A DNA stretch of 64,000 nt from Phycisphaerae bacterium (GTDB lineage: Bacteria > Planctomycetota > Phycisphaerae > UBA1845 > Fen-1342): positions 1-64,000 of the forward strand of contig JASFQK010000017.1 in NCBI GenBank assembly GCA_050115495.1, in the 5' to 3' direction. This document shows positions 46,208 to 56,522 of this stretch, one piece after another. Both the position numbers and the translations under genes were made by a program. Position 1 is the stretch's first letter. Each line of letters begins with the position of its first letter. The notes beneath the pieces were generated by a model. It was not told the DNA's origin. It was given only the letters and a program-made list of their open reading frames with translations, and searched no databases.

Positions 46208-47763
46208 TCCCCCGGGTCCGCTACGAGAACCTGGTGACTCCGACGGAGCACCTGGGCGTTCTGGTTGAGCCCGAGCCGGTGGCGTGGCGCGCCCAACTGA
46301 CGGCGGGCCCGGCGCGCGATCTGGCGGCGGTGACGATTCTCGGACGGCCGCTGGAGGCGTGGCGGCGAACGCTGCGCGAGCGGTTGGGGCTCAACTCGCC
46401 GGTCGTCGCCGCCGGCCACCAGGCGGAGTTCAGCCACGCCGGCGTGTTCGCCAAGACGATCGCCCTGCACGCGCTGGCTAGCGCGACGGGTGCCGCGGGC
46501 GTCTTCTTCACCGCCGATCACGACCTGCCCAAGGGCGAGCGGCTGATCGTCCCCGAGATCGCCGCCGGTGGGCTACGACAGACCGAGGTGCCGATTCCCG
46601 GGCATGACGCGCAACGGCCGATCGAGCGCCAAGCCGCCGTGCCTCGCGGGCGATGGCTCGATTTCTTCACGCGCGTGGCGTCGGTGTACGAGCATTACGA
46701 CGTGTCGCTGCTGCGGCCGTTCGCCGACGCGTGGCTGGCAGGTGATGAGGCGGAGATCACGTTTCGCGACGGAGCGCGGCGCGGCTGGACGGCCGTCGAG
46801 CAGGCCCTCGACCTGACCGGGTTGCACCACGTGAACCTGTCGGCGCTGTGTGCCACGCCGGAGTTTCGGGCGTTTGCCGCGCATCTCATCCTGCACGCCG
46901 CCCGCTCGGCCCATGCGTACAACGCGGCGCAGACGGCGTATCGCGTGCGGCACCGCGTGCGAAGCCGGAACCGTCCGGTGCCGCCACTGGTCACATCGCC
47001 CGAGCGCACCGAGGTGCCACTCTGGCTCGTGCTGCCGGACGGCCGGCGCGAGCGATTGCAGGTCGTCATGCGCGGCGACCGGGTGATTCTCTGCGCCGGG
47101 GTCGAGCCGGTGGCCGAGATTCGGCGGCTGGATCTCGCTGACCCGGCGGCACTTGAGCAGGCCTGGCCGTTCGAGCGTGATGGCTGGGACGTGCGGCCGC
47201 GGGCGCTCGCTCTGTCGGCGCTGGTCCGCCTGCTACTCGCCGATTTCTACATTCACGGCATCGGCGGGGCGAAATACGACGAGATCACCGAGGAATGGCT
47301 GACCAGCCTGTTCGGCGCGCCGCCGGCGCCGATCGGGTGCGTGACGGCTACGGCGTTTCTGCCGCTGCCGCGCACGGGCGTGCGGTGGGCCGATGTGCTG
47401 GCCGCTCGGCATGCCGCCCGCGACCTCATCTTCAATCCGCAACGCCACCTGCCCGACGTCCCGGCCGGACTGTTACGCCGCCGGAGCGAGTCCGTGCGGC
47501 GATCCGACGAACTGCGGGCGGCCCGGTCGCGTAACCGGCAAGAGCGGCGGCTCATGTTTGAGGCGATTCGGCTGGTCAGTGCCGAGATTCTCTCGACCGA
47601 TCCGTGGCGGGCGGCGGAGCTGGAGCAGAACGTGCGGACGCTCGAACAGCGGTACAACCTGGACCGCATCGCGTTTGATCGCGAGTACTTCGCCGCGCTG
47701 CACCTCCGCTCGACGCTGCGCGACCTGGTGCAGCGCGTGCGGACGGCGCTCGAACTCGGCTGA
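46192..47763 (+). CDS. Hypothetical protein, remote BshC (cysteine ligase)-like
   Basis: VVAAGHQAEFSHAGVFAK, VFFTADHD, RPRAL and YIHGIGGAKYD echo the BshC motifs (VxTGQQ...K, FW...EDHD, YxGGPGE); the family assignment is inferred. Confidence 0.6.
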   Translation: MSLPLIPRVRYENLVTPTEHLGVLVEPEPVAWRAQLTAGPARDLAAVTILGRPLEAWRRTLRERLGLNSPVVAAGHQAEFSHAGVFAKTIALHALASATGAAGVFFTADHDLPKGERLIVPEIAAGGLRQTEVPIPGHDAQRPIERQAAVPRGRWLDFFTRVASVYEHYDVSLLRPFADAWLAGDEAEITFRDGARRGWTAVEQALDLTGLHHVNLSALCATPEFRAFAAHLILHAARSAHAYNAAQTAYRVRHRVRSRNRPVPPLVTSPERTEVPLWLVLPDGRRERLQVVMRGDRVILCAGVEPVAEIRRLDLADPAALEQAWPFERDGWDVRPRALALSALVRLLLADFYIHGIGGAKYDEITEEWLTSLFGAPPAPIGCVTATAFLPLPRTGVRWADVLAARHAARDLIFNPQRHLPDVPAGLLRRRSESVRRSDELRAARSRNRQERRLMFEAIRLVSAEILSTDPWRAAELEQNVRTLEQRYNLDRIAFDREYFAALHLRSTLRDLVQRVRTALELG

Positions 47764-50400
47764 GCCGGGCGTCTCAGGGGCGGCCAGCATTGTCTCGATC
47801 GTGATTTCCCCCGTGGGCTGAATAGTGACACTGACGGCGCCCGCATCGTGCGTGTTCAGCACGCGCGGGCGGTCGCCGAGCACCTCGCGGACGACGGCTT
47901 CGAACGCCGGCCGGGGCGTCGCCGACGAAACGATGATCACTTCGGGATCGACCACGGCGAGAAACACGGCCGTTTCTTTGCCGGCGACACTGCCGTGGTG
48001 CGGAGCGATGAGCACGTCGGCACTGAGCCGCACGCGGCCGGCAGCCTCCGCGCTGAGCAACCCCTGTATCGCCGCCTCTTCCACGTCACCCGGCAGCATA
48101 ATCGTCCGCCCGCCGGCGTGGACGCGCAACACCAGGCTGCGATCGTTCGCTGACCACGTTTGCGGGTCGAGGTCGGCCGGCGGCCACAGCACCTCGATTG
48201 GAAGCGGTCCGAGCGTACGCTGCTGGCCGGCGAAGACCTCGACGCGCGGTGGTGTCTGCGGCGGCAACAGACTCGTGAACTTCGCCGTGTCCTTGGCCGC
48301 AGCGGCCTCCGCGAAGTGCGGGCTGTGGCAGAGCTGCTCCGTTGGGACGTTCTTCAGCAACGACGGCACGCCACTGTAGTGGTCGAAGTTCGCGTGCGAG
48401 ATGTACACGTCCTGCAAACGCTGGTAGCCCAGCACGCGCATCGCCCGGACCACGGTCTCGCCCGCGTCGGTGTTGTGGATGCTGCCGGCGTCGCAGACGG
48501 ACGCGCTGCCGTTCGGGGCGGTCACCAGCACCGCGTTACCGTTGCCAACACTGAACACGTGCACGTGGCTCGTACCGAGTGCTGGCTCCACGGGTTCGAA
48601 CGACGGAGCCAGCAGCAGCGCGTACAGCGCCACCGCCGTCAGTCCGCCGAGCCAGCGATAGCGCGCCGTGCCGCCCGTGAACGGCGAGGCGGATTCGGTC
48701 CGCTCCGGACGCCGGCGCAGAAGCCAGGCCAGCGGCAACAGCACGCCATAGGCGGCGAACACGGACCACGCCGGCGGTGGCGTGACTTCGCAGACGGCGC
48801 CCGGCCACTGCTGGAACCACTTCGCCACCGTCAGCAGCCAATCGCTCAGCACGTGCGGGGGCGCCGTCAGCCACGCCGAATCGGTCGAGAGCCAGGAACC
48901 CGACCCTGCCGCCGTCCCCACCGTCCACAGCAGCGATCGCACAAGCATCGTCACGAAACTGAGGCAAATCAACATCGCCGCCGGGATGGTGAGCAGGGTC
49001 GTACCCACAATCCCCCACATCGAGCAACGCCCGAAGTGCAGCAGCACCAGCGGCAGACTGCTGCACCAAGCCACGACGCAAACGATAAACAGCCCGACGA
49101 AGAAGCGGTGTAGCCGATGCAGTATGAATCCGCGGATCGTCTCCGGCTCGCGCGGCGGATCGCCGGCGTCCAGCCCTCGCCGCCAGCTCAGCACCAACCG
49201 GCACACCGGCCCGGCCAGGACGAGCAGGGCCAGTACCTGCACGAACGAGAGCTGAAATCCCGGCCGAAACAGCTCACGCGGGTTGTAGATCAGAATGCAC
49301 ATCGCCGCGAGCGCCAGCCAGTTCACGACACAGAACGGCCGTCGCCCCACGAGCGCCAGCGCCGCGATGACCGCCCCCACCGTCGCCCGCAACACGGGCG
49401 CGTTCGGCTCGGCGATGAGGGCGTACAGCAGGATCACCGGCAGCGTCGCCAACGTCGCGGACCTGCGGCCCACTCTCAGCACCCAGTGTGCGAACAACCA
49501 CACCGCCCCGGCCAGCACGGCGACGTGAAAGCCGCTGACCGCCAGGAAGTGCATCCCCCCAGCCGCCAGGAACGCCTCGTTGACGTCGGCGCCGGCGGCG
49601 CCGCGTTGGCCAAGGACCATCGTGTCCAGCAGACGATCCGCCGCTTCGACATCCAGTTCGGCACCCGGTTCGAGCAACATCGCGCCGGCGGCCAGTCGCA
49701 GGTTTTGGATCGCACGCGTGACACTCCAACCATCGGCGTCGTCTGTCGCCGGCAGCGCGCGGACGTAGGGCGCACCCTCAACGCTCAGGCCGGCGTCGAT
49801 GCCCTGAAGCGTGCTCGTTCGGGCCCAATCCGTTTCGCCGGGATTCCGCGGATCGGTCGGCCGGTGCAGCTTGCCCGTCAACTCGACGCGGTCGCCGACG
49901 TGCAGGCCCAGCCCGACAGCGTCCACGCGAACCCGGACGCGCCCGGTGATCGGCCGCGATGCTTCGCCCATCCGCAACTCCCGCAAGTTCACGACGAAGC
50001 GGGTCGTCGGTGGCGGCGTGAAGGGCAGGAATCCGTTCCGGATTTCGGGCGGAGCGGCGTGCGGCCGGGTAAGGACCTCGCCGACGACGCGGGTCAGAAC
50101 CGGCTCGTCGCCCAGCATGCGCGTTACATGGTTCGGCGAAATGGAGAAGATCGCCTGTTGGCGTGCGAAGCCAACAGCCGCCGCCATCAGACACAGAATC
50201 GGCAACACAACCAGCGGCCGGCGTCGAGCGGCTCCGACAGCGACGAGCACAACCAGACCGGCCGGCGGCACGAGCAGACCCACCCAGCGCCACGGACCCG
50301 CCACCGGACCGAGCGTATCCCCCAGCCACACCCCCACCATGAGCGCCACCGCCGGCCAGAGGAGTGGTGTCGGCCGACCCGGCGTCGGCTGCTCACGCAT
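47473..50400 (-). CDS. comEC: ComEC/Rec2 competence protein with metallo-beta-lactamase domain (C-terminus runs into the convergent gene)
   Basis: RNPGE, HFLAVSGFHV, GFQLSF, VGNG, SHANFDHYSG, NDRSLV, PGD, PHHGS. Confidence 0.9.
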   Translation of the reverse strand: MREQPTPGRPTPLLWPAVALMVGVWLGDTLGPVAGPWRWVGLLVPPAGLVVLVAVGAARRRPLVVLPILCLMAAAVGFARQQAIFSISPNHVTRMLGDEPVLTRVVGEVLTRPHAAPPEIRNGFLPFTPPPTTRFVVNLRELRMGEASRPITGRVRVRVDAVGLGLHVGDRVELTGKLHRPTDPRNPGETDWARTSTLQGIDAGLSVEGAPYVRALPATDDADGWSVTRAIQNLRLAAGAMLLEPGAELDVEAADRLLDTMVLGQRGAAGADVNEAFLAAGGMHFLAVSGFHVAVLAGAVWLFAHWVLRVGRRSATLATLPVILLYALIAEPNAPVLRATVGAVIAALALVGRRPFCVVNWLALAAMCILIYNPRELFRPGFQLSFVQVLALLVLAGPVCRLVLSWRRGLDAGDPPREPETIRGFILHRLHRFFVGLFIVCVVAWCSSLPLVLLHFGRCSMWGIVGTTLLTIPAAMLICLSFVTMLVRSLLWTVGTAAGSGSWLSTDSAWLTAPPHVLSDWLLTVAKWFQQWPGAVCEVTPPPAWSVFAAYGVLLPLAWLLRRRPERTESASPFTGGTARYRWLGGLTAVALYALLLAPSFEPVEPALGTSHVHVFSVGNGNAVLVTAPNGSASVCDAGSIHNTDAGETVVRAMRVLGYQRLQDVYISHANFDHYSGVPSLLKNVPTEQLCHSPHFAEAAAAKDTAKFTSLLPPQTPPRVEVFAGQQRTLGPLPIEVLWPPADLDPQTWSANDRSLVLRVHAGGRTIMLPGDVEEAAIQGLLSAEAAGRVRLSADVLIAPHHGSVAGKETAVFLAVVDPEVIIVSSATPRPAFEAVVREVLGDRPRVLNTHDAGAVSVTIQPTGEITIETMLAAPETPGSAEFERRPHALHQVAQRRAEVQRGEVLAIKRDAVQVVPLFERPHVLLQLRRPPRIGRENLGTDQPNRLKHEPPLLPVTRPGRPQFVGSPHGLAPAA

Positions 50401-50496
50401 CCGCCTGTACCACGGGCCCGTCCCCGGAACCGATTCTCGCCCTCGCATGTCCGCTATTAGGCCCTAACGCCCCCCGACGCACAAGCCGCCGCCGGA

Positions 50497-53400
50497 CTAC
50501 GGCGCCTCACTCACCCGGAAGAACACCTCCGCGGGCACCAGTTTGCAGGAGACCGGGCGTCCGCCGGCGGTTACCTCCGGCGCCGGCAGCCGGCATACTC
50601 CCGGCCGCACCATGACGACGTTGTACTCGTGCACTTCCACGTTGCTCAGCGGCGCCGGGCGTTCGTAGCGCACGGTGTCCACCGTCCGCTCGCGGAGCGC
50701 GCCGATCTCGTTGCGGCAGGAAACGTTGCGGAACGCCGGACAGCAGTTGGACGGGACGCGCTGGGTCCACGCCACGCCGGCCAGCGGCGTCGTGGGCGTG
50801 ATCTGCTCCCGGACGAGAACGCGCTGGCCCGGGGCGAGCAGCGTCCCGAACGGCAGCGGGCTGCGCCGCCAGATCTGCTTCTCGGGCGCGTCCAGCGCGT
50901 CGGTCTCCTCGAAGGTGACGGGGTCGACGTGGATCATCACCGGCGTGAGCAGCATGAGGGAACGCTCCACGCGCAGCGACGCACCCTCGGGCGGCACGGT
51001 GCCGGGAGTCAGGACACTGTAGTCCGCGGTGGCCTGCTGCGTGGACGAGCCCACCTCGACCCAGGCCTGCATGACGCTCACGCCCTCCTGCATGGCTTCC
51101 GCGTCCAGACGCATCCACAGCCGGCCATGTGCCGGGACGGTCACCGCGACGCCCTCTTCGGCTTGCAGAATGTCGCCCGATTGCAGCGCTTCGTCGCCGA
51201 TGCGCACCGATTCGACGTGCAACCCCGTACCGACGTCGAGGTGCACACGCACGTCCGACGGCGTCTTGGCCACGCTCTCAAGCAGCAGTGACACGCGCGT
51301 CCGGTCGCCGAGCGTCCAGCGATTCGGGCTATCGGCCAGGAGGAACAGCCCGCCGCGTGTGTCCAGGTCGAGCTCTTCCATCGCCGCCGGCCCCCGCTGC
51401 GGCAGGGCCAGCACGACGAGCCGATACGCACCGGGCGCCGGCGGCATCGGCACGCTCAGCGTGGTCTCGCCACCTGGCGCCGGCTGCGCCGTCGTCCACA
51501 CCGTGGTGCCGGCGAAGAGTGCTTCGGTCAGCAGCGGCGACAACAGCGGCAGACCCCCACCGGCAGGCTCCGGCGGTGCATCGGCCGCGCGCTCCGGTGT
51601 CGACGAAAAACGCACGACGGGACCGGCGGTGGACTCGTCCAGCAATGCTCGTCCTTCACCCGCGAGCCACGGCTCGTAGCCGCGATCCATCGCCGGCACC
51701 AGGCGGGCAACGATCGTGGCGTCCGTCGCCGGCCGGCCGGCGCGCGTGCAGCGCACCCGCACGTCGACCGTGTTGCCCGGCAGCGGAGGCTCCCCGGCAA
51801 CGCGCTCGACGTGCAGCGTGATCGCCCACGCGGGGTCGGGCTCAACCACTTGGCGGGCGACGACGACCGGCGCGCCGCCGCGCTCGCCGACGAGCACGAC
51901 CTGGGCGCCGACCGGCGCCGCCGCGAGCGGCAGAAACGCTTCGGACGTCGTCCCAGCCGCCGGCAACACGCACCCGACCAGTGGATCGCCGGCTTCGACC
52001 ACGGCGATGAGCTGCCGCGGCTGATTGGTCTCGACGTACAGGGCGACGCCGGGCGTGCCGTCGCGTTCGCTGAGCCACGCGCGGCAATGCAGCGCGCCGG
52101 GATCCCCCGCCACCGACTCGGCCGGCGCGACGTGCACGTCGCGAACGACGTGCAGAGGCTCGCCGTCGAGGCGAGGGATGCTGGCCTCGACGCGGTAGGT
52201 GCCGGCACGATCGGGCGACCAGGGCTCGCTGACGGTGCCGCCCGGCGCCGCGTGGAGTGACAGCTCCACCGGCGTTTCATCGGCGGCAGCGATCTGCAAC
52301 TGCGGCGGCGCCACGCCGACCTGGTCGAGCGGGTCATACCAGCCCAGGTCGAAGCGCACGTCCTGCCCGACGCACGGTTCGTCCGGCCGCCAGGTCAGCC
52401 AGGAGAACACGGGCTCGTCCGCGAGCAGCGTTTGGCCGAGACCGCTGGTGCGCTCGCCGTCGTGGCCGTTGACGATGGCCTGCACGCCGAAGGCCCGCGG
52501 GCCGGCGGGCAAAAACCACGCGTCGAGGGGGACGTCAACGAACGCCAGGCCCGACTCATCGAGCTCGGCTTCGTGTATGGTCGCGTTCGTGGCGTGTGCT
52601 TCGCCACGAGCGACGCCACCCAGGTCCAGCGCTCGGGTCAGACAGGTCACCAGGGCGCCGCTGACCGGTGTGCCCCAGGGATACCAGGCCTGGACCTGCA
52701 CCGGAAGGACCCTGACGTTCGGGGGCAGGTGCGGCGGTACGTAGCAGTTGACGAGCGGCACGTGCACGCCGGGGCGAGCCGTCCGGCAACCGAAGCGGCC
52801 ACGGAGGCTGTTGACGGTCTGGCCGCCGCGGCGAACGAGCATATGCACGTGCTGGTCGACGAGGTCGGCGGTGATCGGCACCTTTGTGGAGAACACGCCG
52901 GTGGCCAACGGGTCGAGCGGCGTGCTGTACAGCTCGCGATCGTGTGTATCGAGGACGACGAGCCGGTACGGCTCATCATCGTGTCCGGTCTGCGGCGAAC
53001 GTTCGGGCAGCAGGAGACCGCTGACGCAGAAGTCGTCACCAAGATCCGGAGCAGGCGGACCGCCGGCGAGGGCGACGGTGGCGACGCCGCCGGCTTCCTC
53101 GGCGGTGGGCACGTCGCCGCGGCACAGAGCCAGGTGTTCGCCGACCTGCACGAGACAGACCCAGCGTTTCTCACGCAGCACACGTGATTCGGGTGGCAGG
53201 GCAAACCGGGCGAAGCCGTCCGTGAACGTCTGTTCGAGCGGCACGAACGAGCCGTGCATCCAGAAACTCAGCTTCATGCCGGTCAGGTCCAGGTCGCCCG
53301 CCGCTGACTCGCGCGGTCCGGCCCAGACGAGCATCTCGTGCGGGCCGGCGAGGGCCACGGCGGTCAGGTCGCCGACCACGACGAGTCGGCGCAGGGGGCG

Positions 53401-54609
53401 GACCTCCTCCGTCGGCGAGTTCGGTTGAACCGTGACGGCGTACGCGCCGGGCTCGGCGGTGAAGGTGAGCGGCGCGGTCGGCTCCCAGAAGGCATACGGG
53501 TCGGCGTGCGTATCAAGCCGCTGCGCGAACTGGACGGAGCCGGCCTGCGGCAGCAGCGCGGGGGCATAGCGGCCCTGCCGCGACGTGAGCCATTCGGCCA
53601 GGTCCACCCGCCGGACCTCGACGTCGACCGCATCCAGGTTGCGGGTTTGCAGCTTCAGCGACACGGGTTGTCCCGGCGCCGCATCCGCGGGAACGGCAAG
53701 CTGCACCTGCGGTCGCGTGATCTCGCGCAACCGCTCGGCGGCCTGCTCGGCGAAGGCCGCCGGGGCCTCGGCCTCGATGCGTCGGTACAGCGGCAGGACG
53801 TCCGCCCAGCGCTGTTCCCGTTCGAGATGGCCGGCGAGAGCGAAGCACGCATCGAGGACCGCCGGCGTCAGTTGCAGACTGCCGGCCAGTTGCTCCAAGA
53901 CGCGTATGCCGTCCGCGACGCGGTCGCCGGCGGCGATGAAATCCTGGGCGAGCAGCAGGTCCACGCAGGCCAGGGCATCTTCGTTGTCCGGCAGCGCAGC
54001 CAGCCGATCGCGGACCAGGCCCATCTGCTCGCGGCGGATCTCGCGGGCGTGCGCCGCATCCGGTGGGCGTTTGACGTTGAACCGCGGCGGCGTCACCTCC
54101 CACTCGGTGTGCCGGGACCAGGCTTCGGCCAGGGCCGCCAGGGCTGCGGCCTGCCGTTGCGGCTCATGCAGTGCGGCGAAGCCCGCCGCGGCGTCTTCGA
54201 GGAAGGCCAGCGCGTGGGCCGTTTCGGCCAATTCGGTGCAGGCGATGCCCATCGCCAGGTTGCACTCGGGGCGAGCCGCGATCGTCGCGTCCTCGCGGGC
54301 CACTTGCGCCAATTCGGCGCGGCCCTGCAAGCGGTCGTTGCGGGCCGGCATGCGCAGCATCGTCAGGGCGTGCACGGCCACGGCATCGCGGCGCACGCGT
54401 TCGTCCACCGACGACGCCAGCCGGGCGCACAGGCGCTGCGCGGCCCCGTATTCGCCGGTTCGATACAGATCGAGAGCCTCCGCCACCTCCGGACACCAGG
54501 GCGACGGCGGCGGCGAGTCCGCCCGGCCGAGCGCGATCGGCGCGGCGAGCAACAGAGCACAGACAGCGATGATGGGCAGAGCGCAGCGACGGGTACCGAT
54601 TCGCTTCAT
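50497..54609 (-). CDS. Large secreted TPR + alpha-2-macroglobulin-like (MG-domain) protein
   Basis: Signal peptide; TPR-like N-terminus; MG-type beta domains (YPWGTPVSGA, PGNTVDVRV, LGDRTRVSL, RPGVCRLPAPEV); no CxEQ. Confidence 0.65.
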   Translation of the reverse strand: MKRIGTRRCALPIIAVCALLLAAPIALGRADSPPPSPWCPEVAEALDLYRTGEYGAAQRLCARLASSVDERVRRDAVAVHALTMLRMPARNDRLQGRAELAQVAREDATIAARPECNLAMGIACTELAETAHALAFLEDAAAGFAALHEPQRQAAALAALAEAWSRHTEWEVTPPRFNVKRPPDAAHAREIRREQMGLVRDRLAALPDNEDALACVDLLLAQDFIAAGDRVADGIRVLEQLAGSLQLTPAVLDACFALAGHLEREQRWADVLPLYRRIEAEAPAAFAEQAAERLREITRPQVQLAVPADAAPGQPVSLKLQTRNLDAVDVEVRRVDLAEWLTSRQGRYAPALLPQAGSVQFAQRLDTHADPYAFWEPTAPLTFTAEPGAYAVTVQPNSPTEEVRPLRRLVVVGDLTAVALAGPHEMLVWAGPRESAAGDLDLTGMKLSFWMHGSFVPLEQTFTDGFARFALPPESRVLREKRWVCLVQVGEHLALCRGDVPTAEEAGGVATVALAGGPPAPDLGDDFCVSGLLLPERSPQTGHDDEPYRLVVLDTHDRELYSTPLDPLATGVFSTKVPITADLVDQHVHMLVRRGGQTVNSLRGRFGCRTARPGVHVPLVNCYVPPHLPPNVRVLPVQVQAWYPWGTPVSGALVTCLTRALDLGGVARGEAHATNATIHEAELDESGLAFVDVPLDAWFLPAGPRAFGVQAIVNGHDGERTSGLGQTLLADEPVFSWLTWRPDEPCVGQDVRFDLGWYDPLDQVGVAPPQLQIAAADETPVELSLHAAPGGTVSEPWSPDRAGTYRVEASIPRLDGEPLHVVRDVHVAPAESVAGDPGALHCRAWLSERDGTPGVALYVETNQPRQLIAVVEAGDPLVGCVLPAAGTTSEAFLPLAAAPVGAQVVLVGERGGAPVVVARQVVEPDPAWAITLHVERVAGEPPLPGNTVDVRVRCTRAGRPATDATIVARLVPAMDRGYEPWLAGEGRALLDESTAGPVVRFSSTPERAADAPPEPAGGGLPLLSPLLTEALFAGTTVWTTAQPAPGGETTLSVPMPPAPGAYRLVVLALPQRGPAAMEELDLDTRGGLFLLADSPNRWTLGDRTRVSLLLESVAKTPSDVRVHLDVGTGLHVESVRIGDEALQSGDILQAEEGVAVTVPAHGRLWMRLDAEAMQEGVSVMQAWVEVGSSTQQATADYSVLTPGTVPPEGASLRVERSLMLLTPVMIHVDPVTFEETDALDAPEKQIWRRSPLPFGTLLAPGQRVLVREQITPTTPLAGVAWTQRVPSNCCPAFRNVSCRNEIGALRERTVDTVRYERPAPLSNVEVHEYNVVMVRPGVCRLPAPEVTAGGRPVSCKLVPAEVFFRVSEAP

Positions 54610-54700
54610 GCCGGATTCGTTCCCTGATCATCCACTCGGCGCCGAGCCCCAGCGGCCCGGCCGCACGACATTGTACGCCCCCCGGCCAGTCCGGTGGGCC

Positions 54701-55663
54701 TCAGCGCTCGCGGACGAAATCCCCGCGGCCCAGGCCGGCCTGCCCGAGCAGCGGCTCGATATCGGCGAGGTAGCGCAGGGCGTCCTTGTAGTAGCCGGCG
54801 GTGGGCTTCAGCCCCGGCAGCAACCCCTGCCAAAACGCGTTGAGCCGCGTCATGACCACCTCACGCACGTACTTCGCCAGCATGCTGGCCAGGGCGACGG
54901 GCAGGTGATGCTGATCCGCGTCGACGACGAAGTCGATGTACCAGTCGCTGCGGGCCGTGGAGAGCCGGTAGCGGCTGCGCTCGTCCGACATCTCCTCAAT
55001 GTGCAGGTGGCGGTCGGGGAAGGCCTCCTGCAAGACCGGCCGGTAATCCTGCCGCCCGCCGAGCCGGTCGACGTGCACGCAGACATCCTGGTCACCGGTG
55101 GCGGCGGTGCAGCGGAGGATAAGCCGCAGGACCTGTTCGAGCAGGACGGCGGCCTTGTTGTGCGTGTGGTGCACGCGATCGTTGTACGCCGACTCGGTGA
55201 CCAGTTGGGCCATCAGGCCGATTGCCTGGTGGTTGCTGGTCTGCATGGCCTGGCGGAGTCGCGTCGCGGCGGCGGCGTGGGCCGAGCGGGTGGCGTCGAG
55301 CGGCAATGGCTGAGCGAGGTCGCCGTACCAGGGCAGGTGTCGCGCCTCGGGTGGCAGTGGCGGACCGAGAGCGTCGACGAACTCGCCGAGCGAAGCGTGC
55401 GGCAGGTCGAGCGCGGCGGCGAAGGCCAGCACCGTGCGTTCGAGCGTGGCAATGCCCTTGTGCCGATCGTAGATCTTCTTGGAGTCGTTCACCGGGAGGC
55501 GTGAGTCGCGGCGGGACGCCGCCCGGCTCACCGCGGTGTTGAGCTGCTCCCAGAAATCGACCTCGGCAGCCGGCGGTGGCACACGCCAGACCGTGGCCGC
55601 AACAACCAGCGGACCGAGCAGCGGTCCGTATCCGGCTTCGTCGATGCCGACCAGCAGCGGCAC
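54701..55663 (-). CDS. Ribonuclease HII-like protein
   Basis: VGIDEAGYGPLLGP, DSKK, DRLGGR, ADQHHLPVALASMLAK, GYYKD. Confidence 0.8.
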   Translation of the reverse strand: MPLLVGIDEAGYGPLLGPLVVAATVWRVPPPAAEVDFWEQLNTAVSRAASRRDSRLPVNDSKKIYDRHKGIATLERTVLAFAAALDLPHASLGEFVDALGPPLPPEARHLPWYGDLAQPLPLDATRSAHAAAATRLRQAMQTSNHQAIGLMAQLVTESAYNDRVHHTHNKAAVLLEQVLRLILRCTAATGDQDVCVHVDRLGGRQDYRPVLQEAFPDRHLHIEEMSDERSRYRLSTARSDWYIDFVVDADQHHLPVALASMLAKYVREVVMTRLNAFWQGLLPGLKPTAGYYKDALRYLADIEPLLGQAGLGRGDFVRER

Positions 55664-55664
55664 G

Positions 55665-56522
55665 TCACCACCCGAGGGTGTAAAAGACCACCGTGAAGAC
55701 GGCGTCGGCCCCGATGAGGGCGACGATGCTCTTGACGACGGTCGTGGTCGTGGCCCGACCGACGCCCTCCGCCCCGCCACGGACGTTGAGCCCCTCGTAA
55801 CAAGCCAGGCTGGCGATGATGACGCCGAAGACGCCCGCCTTGAACAGGCCGGTGAAGTAGTCGCCGACGGAGAGGGCCGCCTGGGTAAGGTCCATGTAGA
55901 GCCGCGGGCTGACGTCGAGGACGCCGGTGGCGGTCAGGAAGCCGCCGAAGACGCCGACCACGTCGGCCAGCACGGTGAGCCCGATCATCATGACCGCCGT
56001 CGCCACCAGCCGTGGCACGACGAGAAAGCGAATCGGATCGAGGGCGTGGGCTCGCAACGCCTTGATCTCCTCACCTTCGACCATGGCGCCGAGTTCGGCG
56101 GCGATCGACGCGCCGGCAAAGCCGCTGAGAATGATGGCACTGATGAGCGGGCCGAGCTCGCGGAAGACGGCGATGGCGACGACGTCGGCGACACGTTCGA
56201 GCTGCCCGTAGTCCTTCAACGTCGGGGCGAGGTTCAGGGCCAGGATGACACCGATGAAGATCTGCACCAGCACGATGATGGGAATGCTGCGCACGCCGAC
56301 GCGGACCATCTGTTGCGCCAGGGCGCTCAGACGGACGCGCGTGCCCCGCCCGCGGATAGCCAGCATAAGCCGGCGGGCGGCAGCCAGCAGCAGCGCGATC
56401 AGGCCTCCCGTGTAGCGCACCGCCCCCAGCACCGCCTGCCCGCGCCCGCGGAGTACTCGGCCGAGCGCCTCGGGCACACGCCGCCACAGCGGGGCCGGCG
56501 TTGGCTCGGAGGTGGGGTTCAT
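55665..56522 (-). CDS. mlaE: MlaE-family ABC transporter permease
   Basis: RELGPL, AAELGAM...EEIKAL...LDPIRFLVVPR, GAEGVGRATT. Confidence 0.92.
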   Translation of the reverse strand: MNPTSEPTPAPLWRRVPEALGRVLRGRGQAVLGAVRYTGGLIALLLAAARRLMLAIRGRGTRVRLSALAQQMVRVGVRSIPIIVLVQIFIGVILALNLAPTLKDYGQLERVADVVAIAVFRELGPLISAIILSGFAGASIAAELGAMVEGEEIKALRAHALDPIRFLVVPRLVATAVMMIGLTVLADVVGVFGGFLTATGVLDVSPRLYMDLTQAALSVGDYFTGLFKAGVFGVIIASLACYEGLNVRGGAEGVGRATTTTVVKSIVALIGADAVFTVVFYTLGW

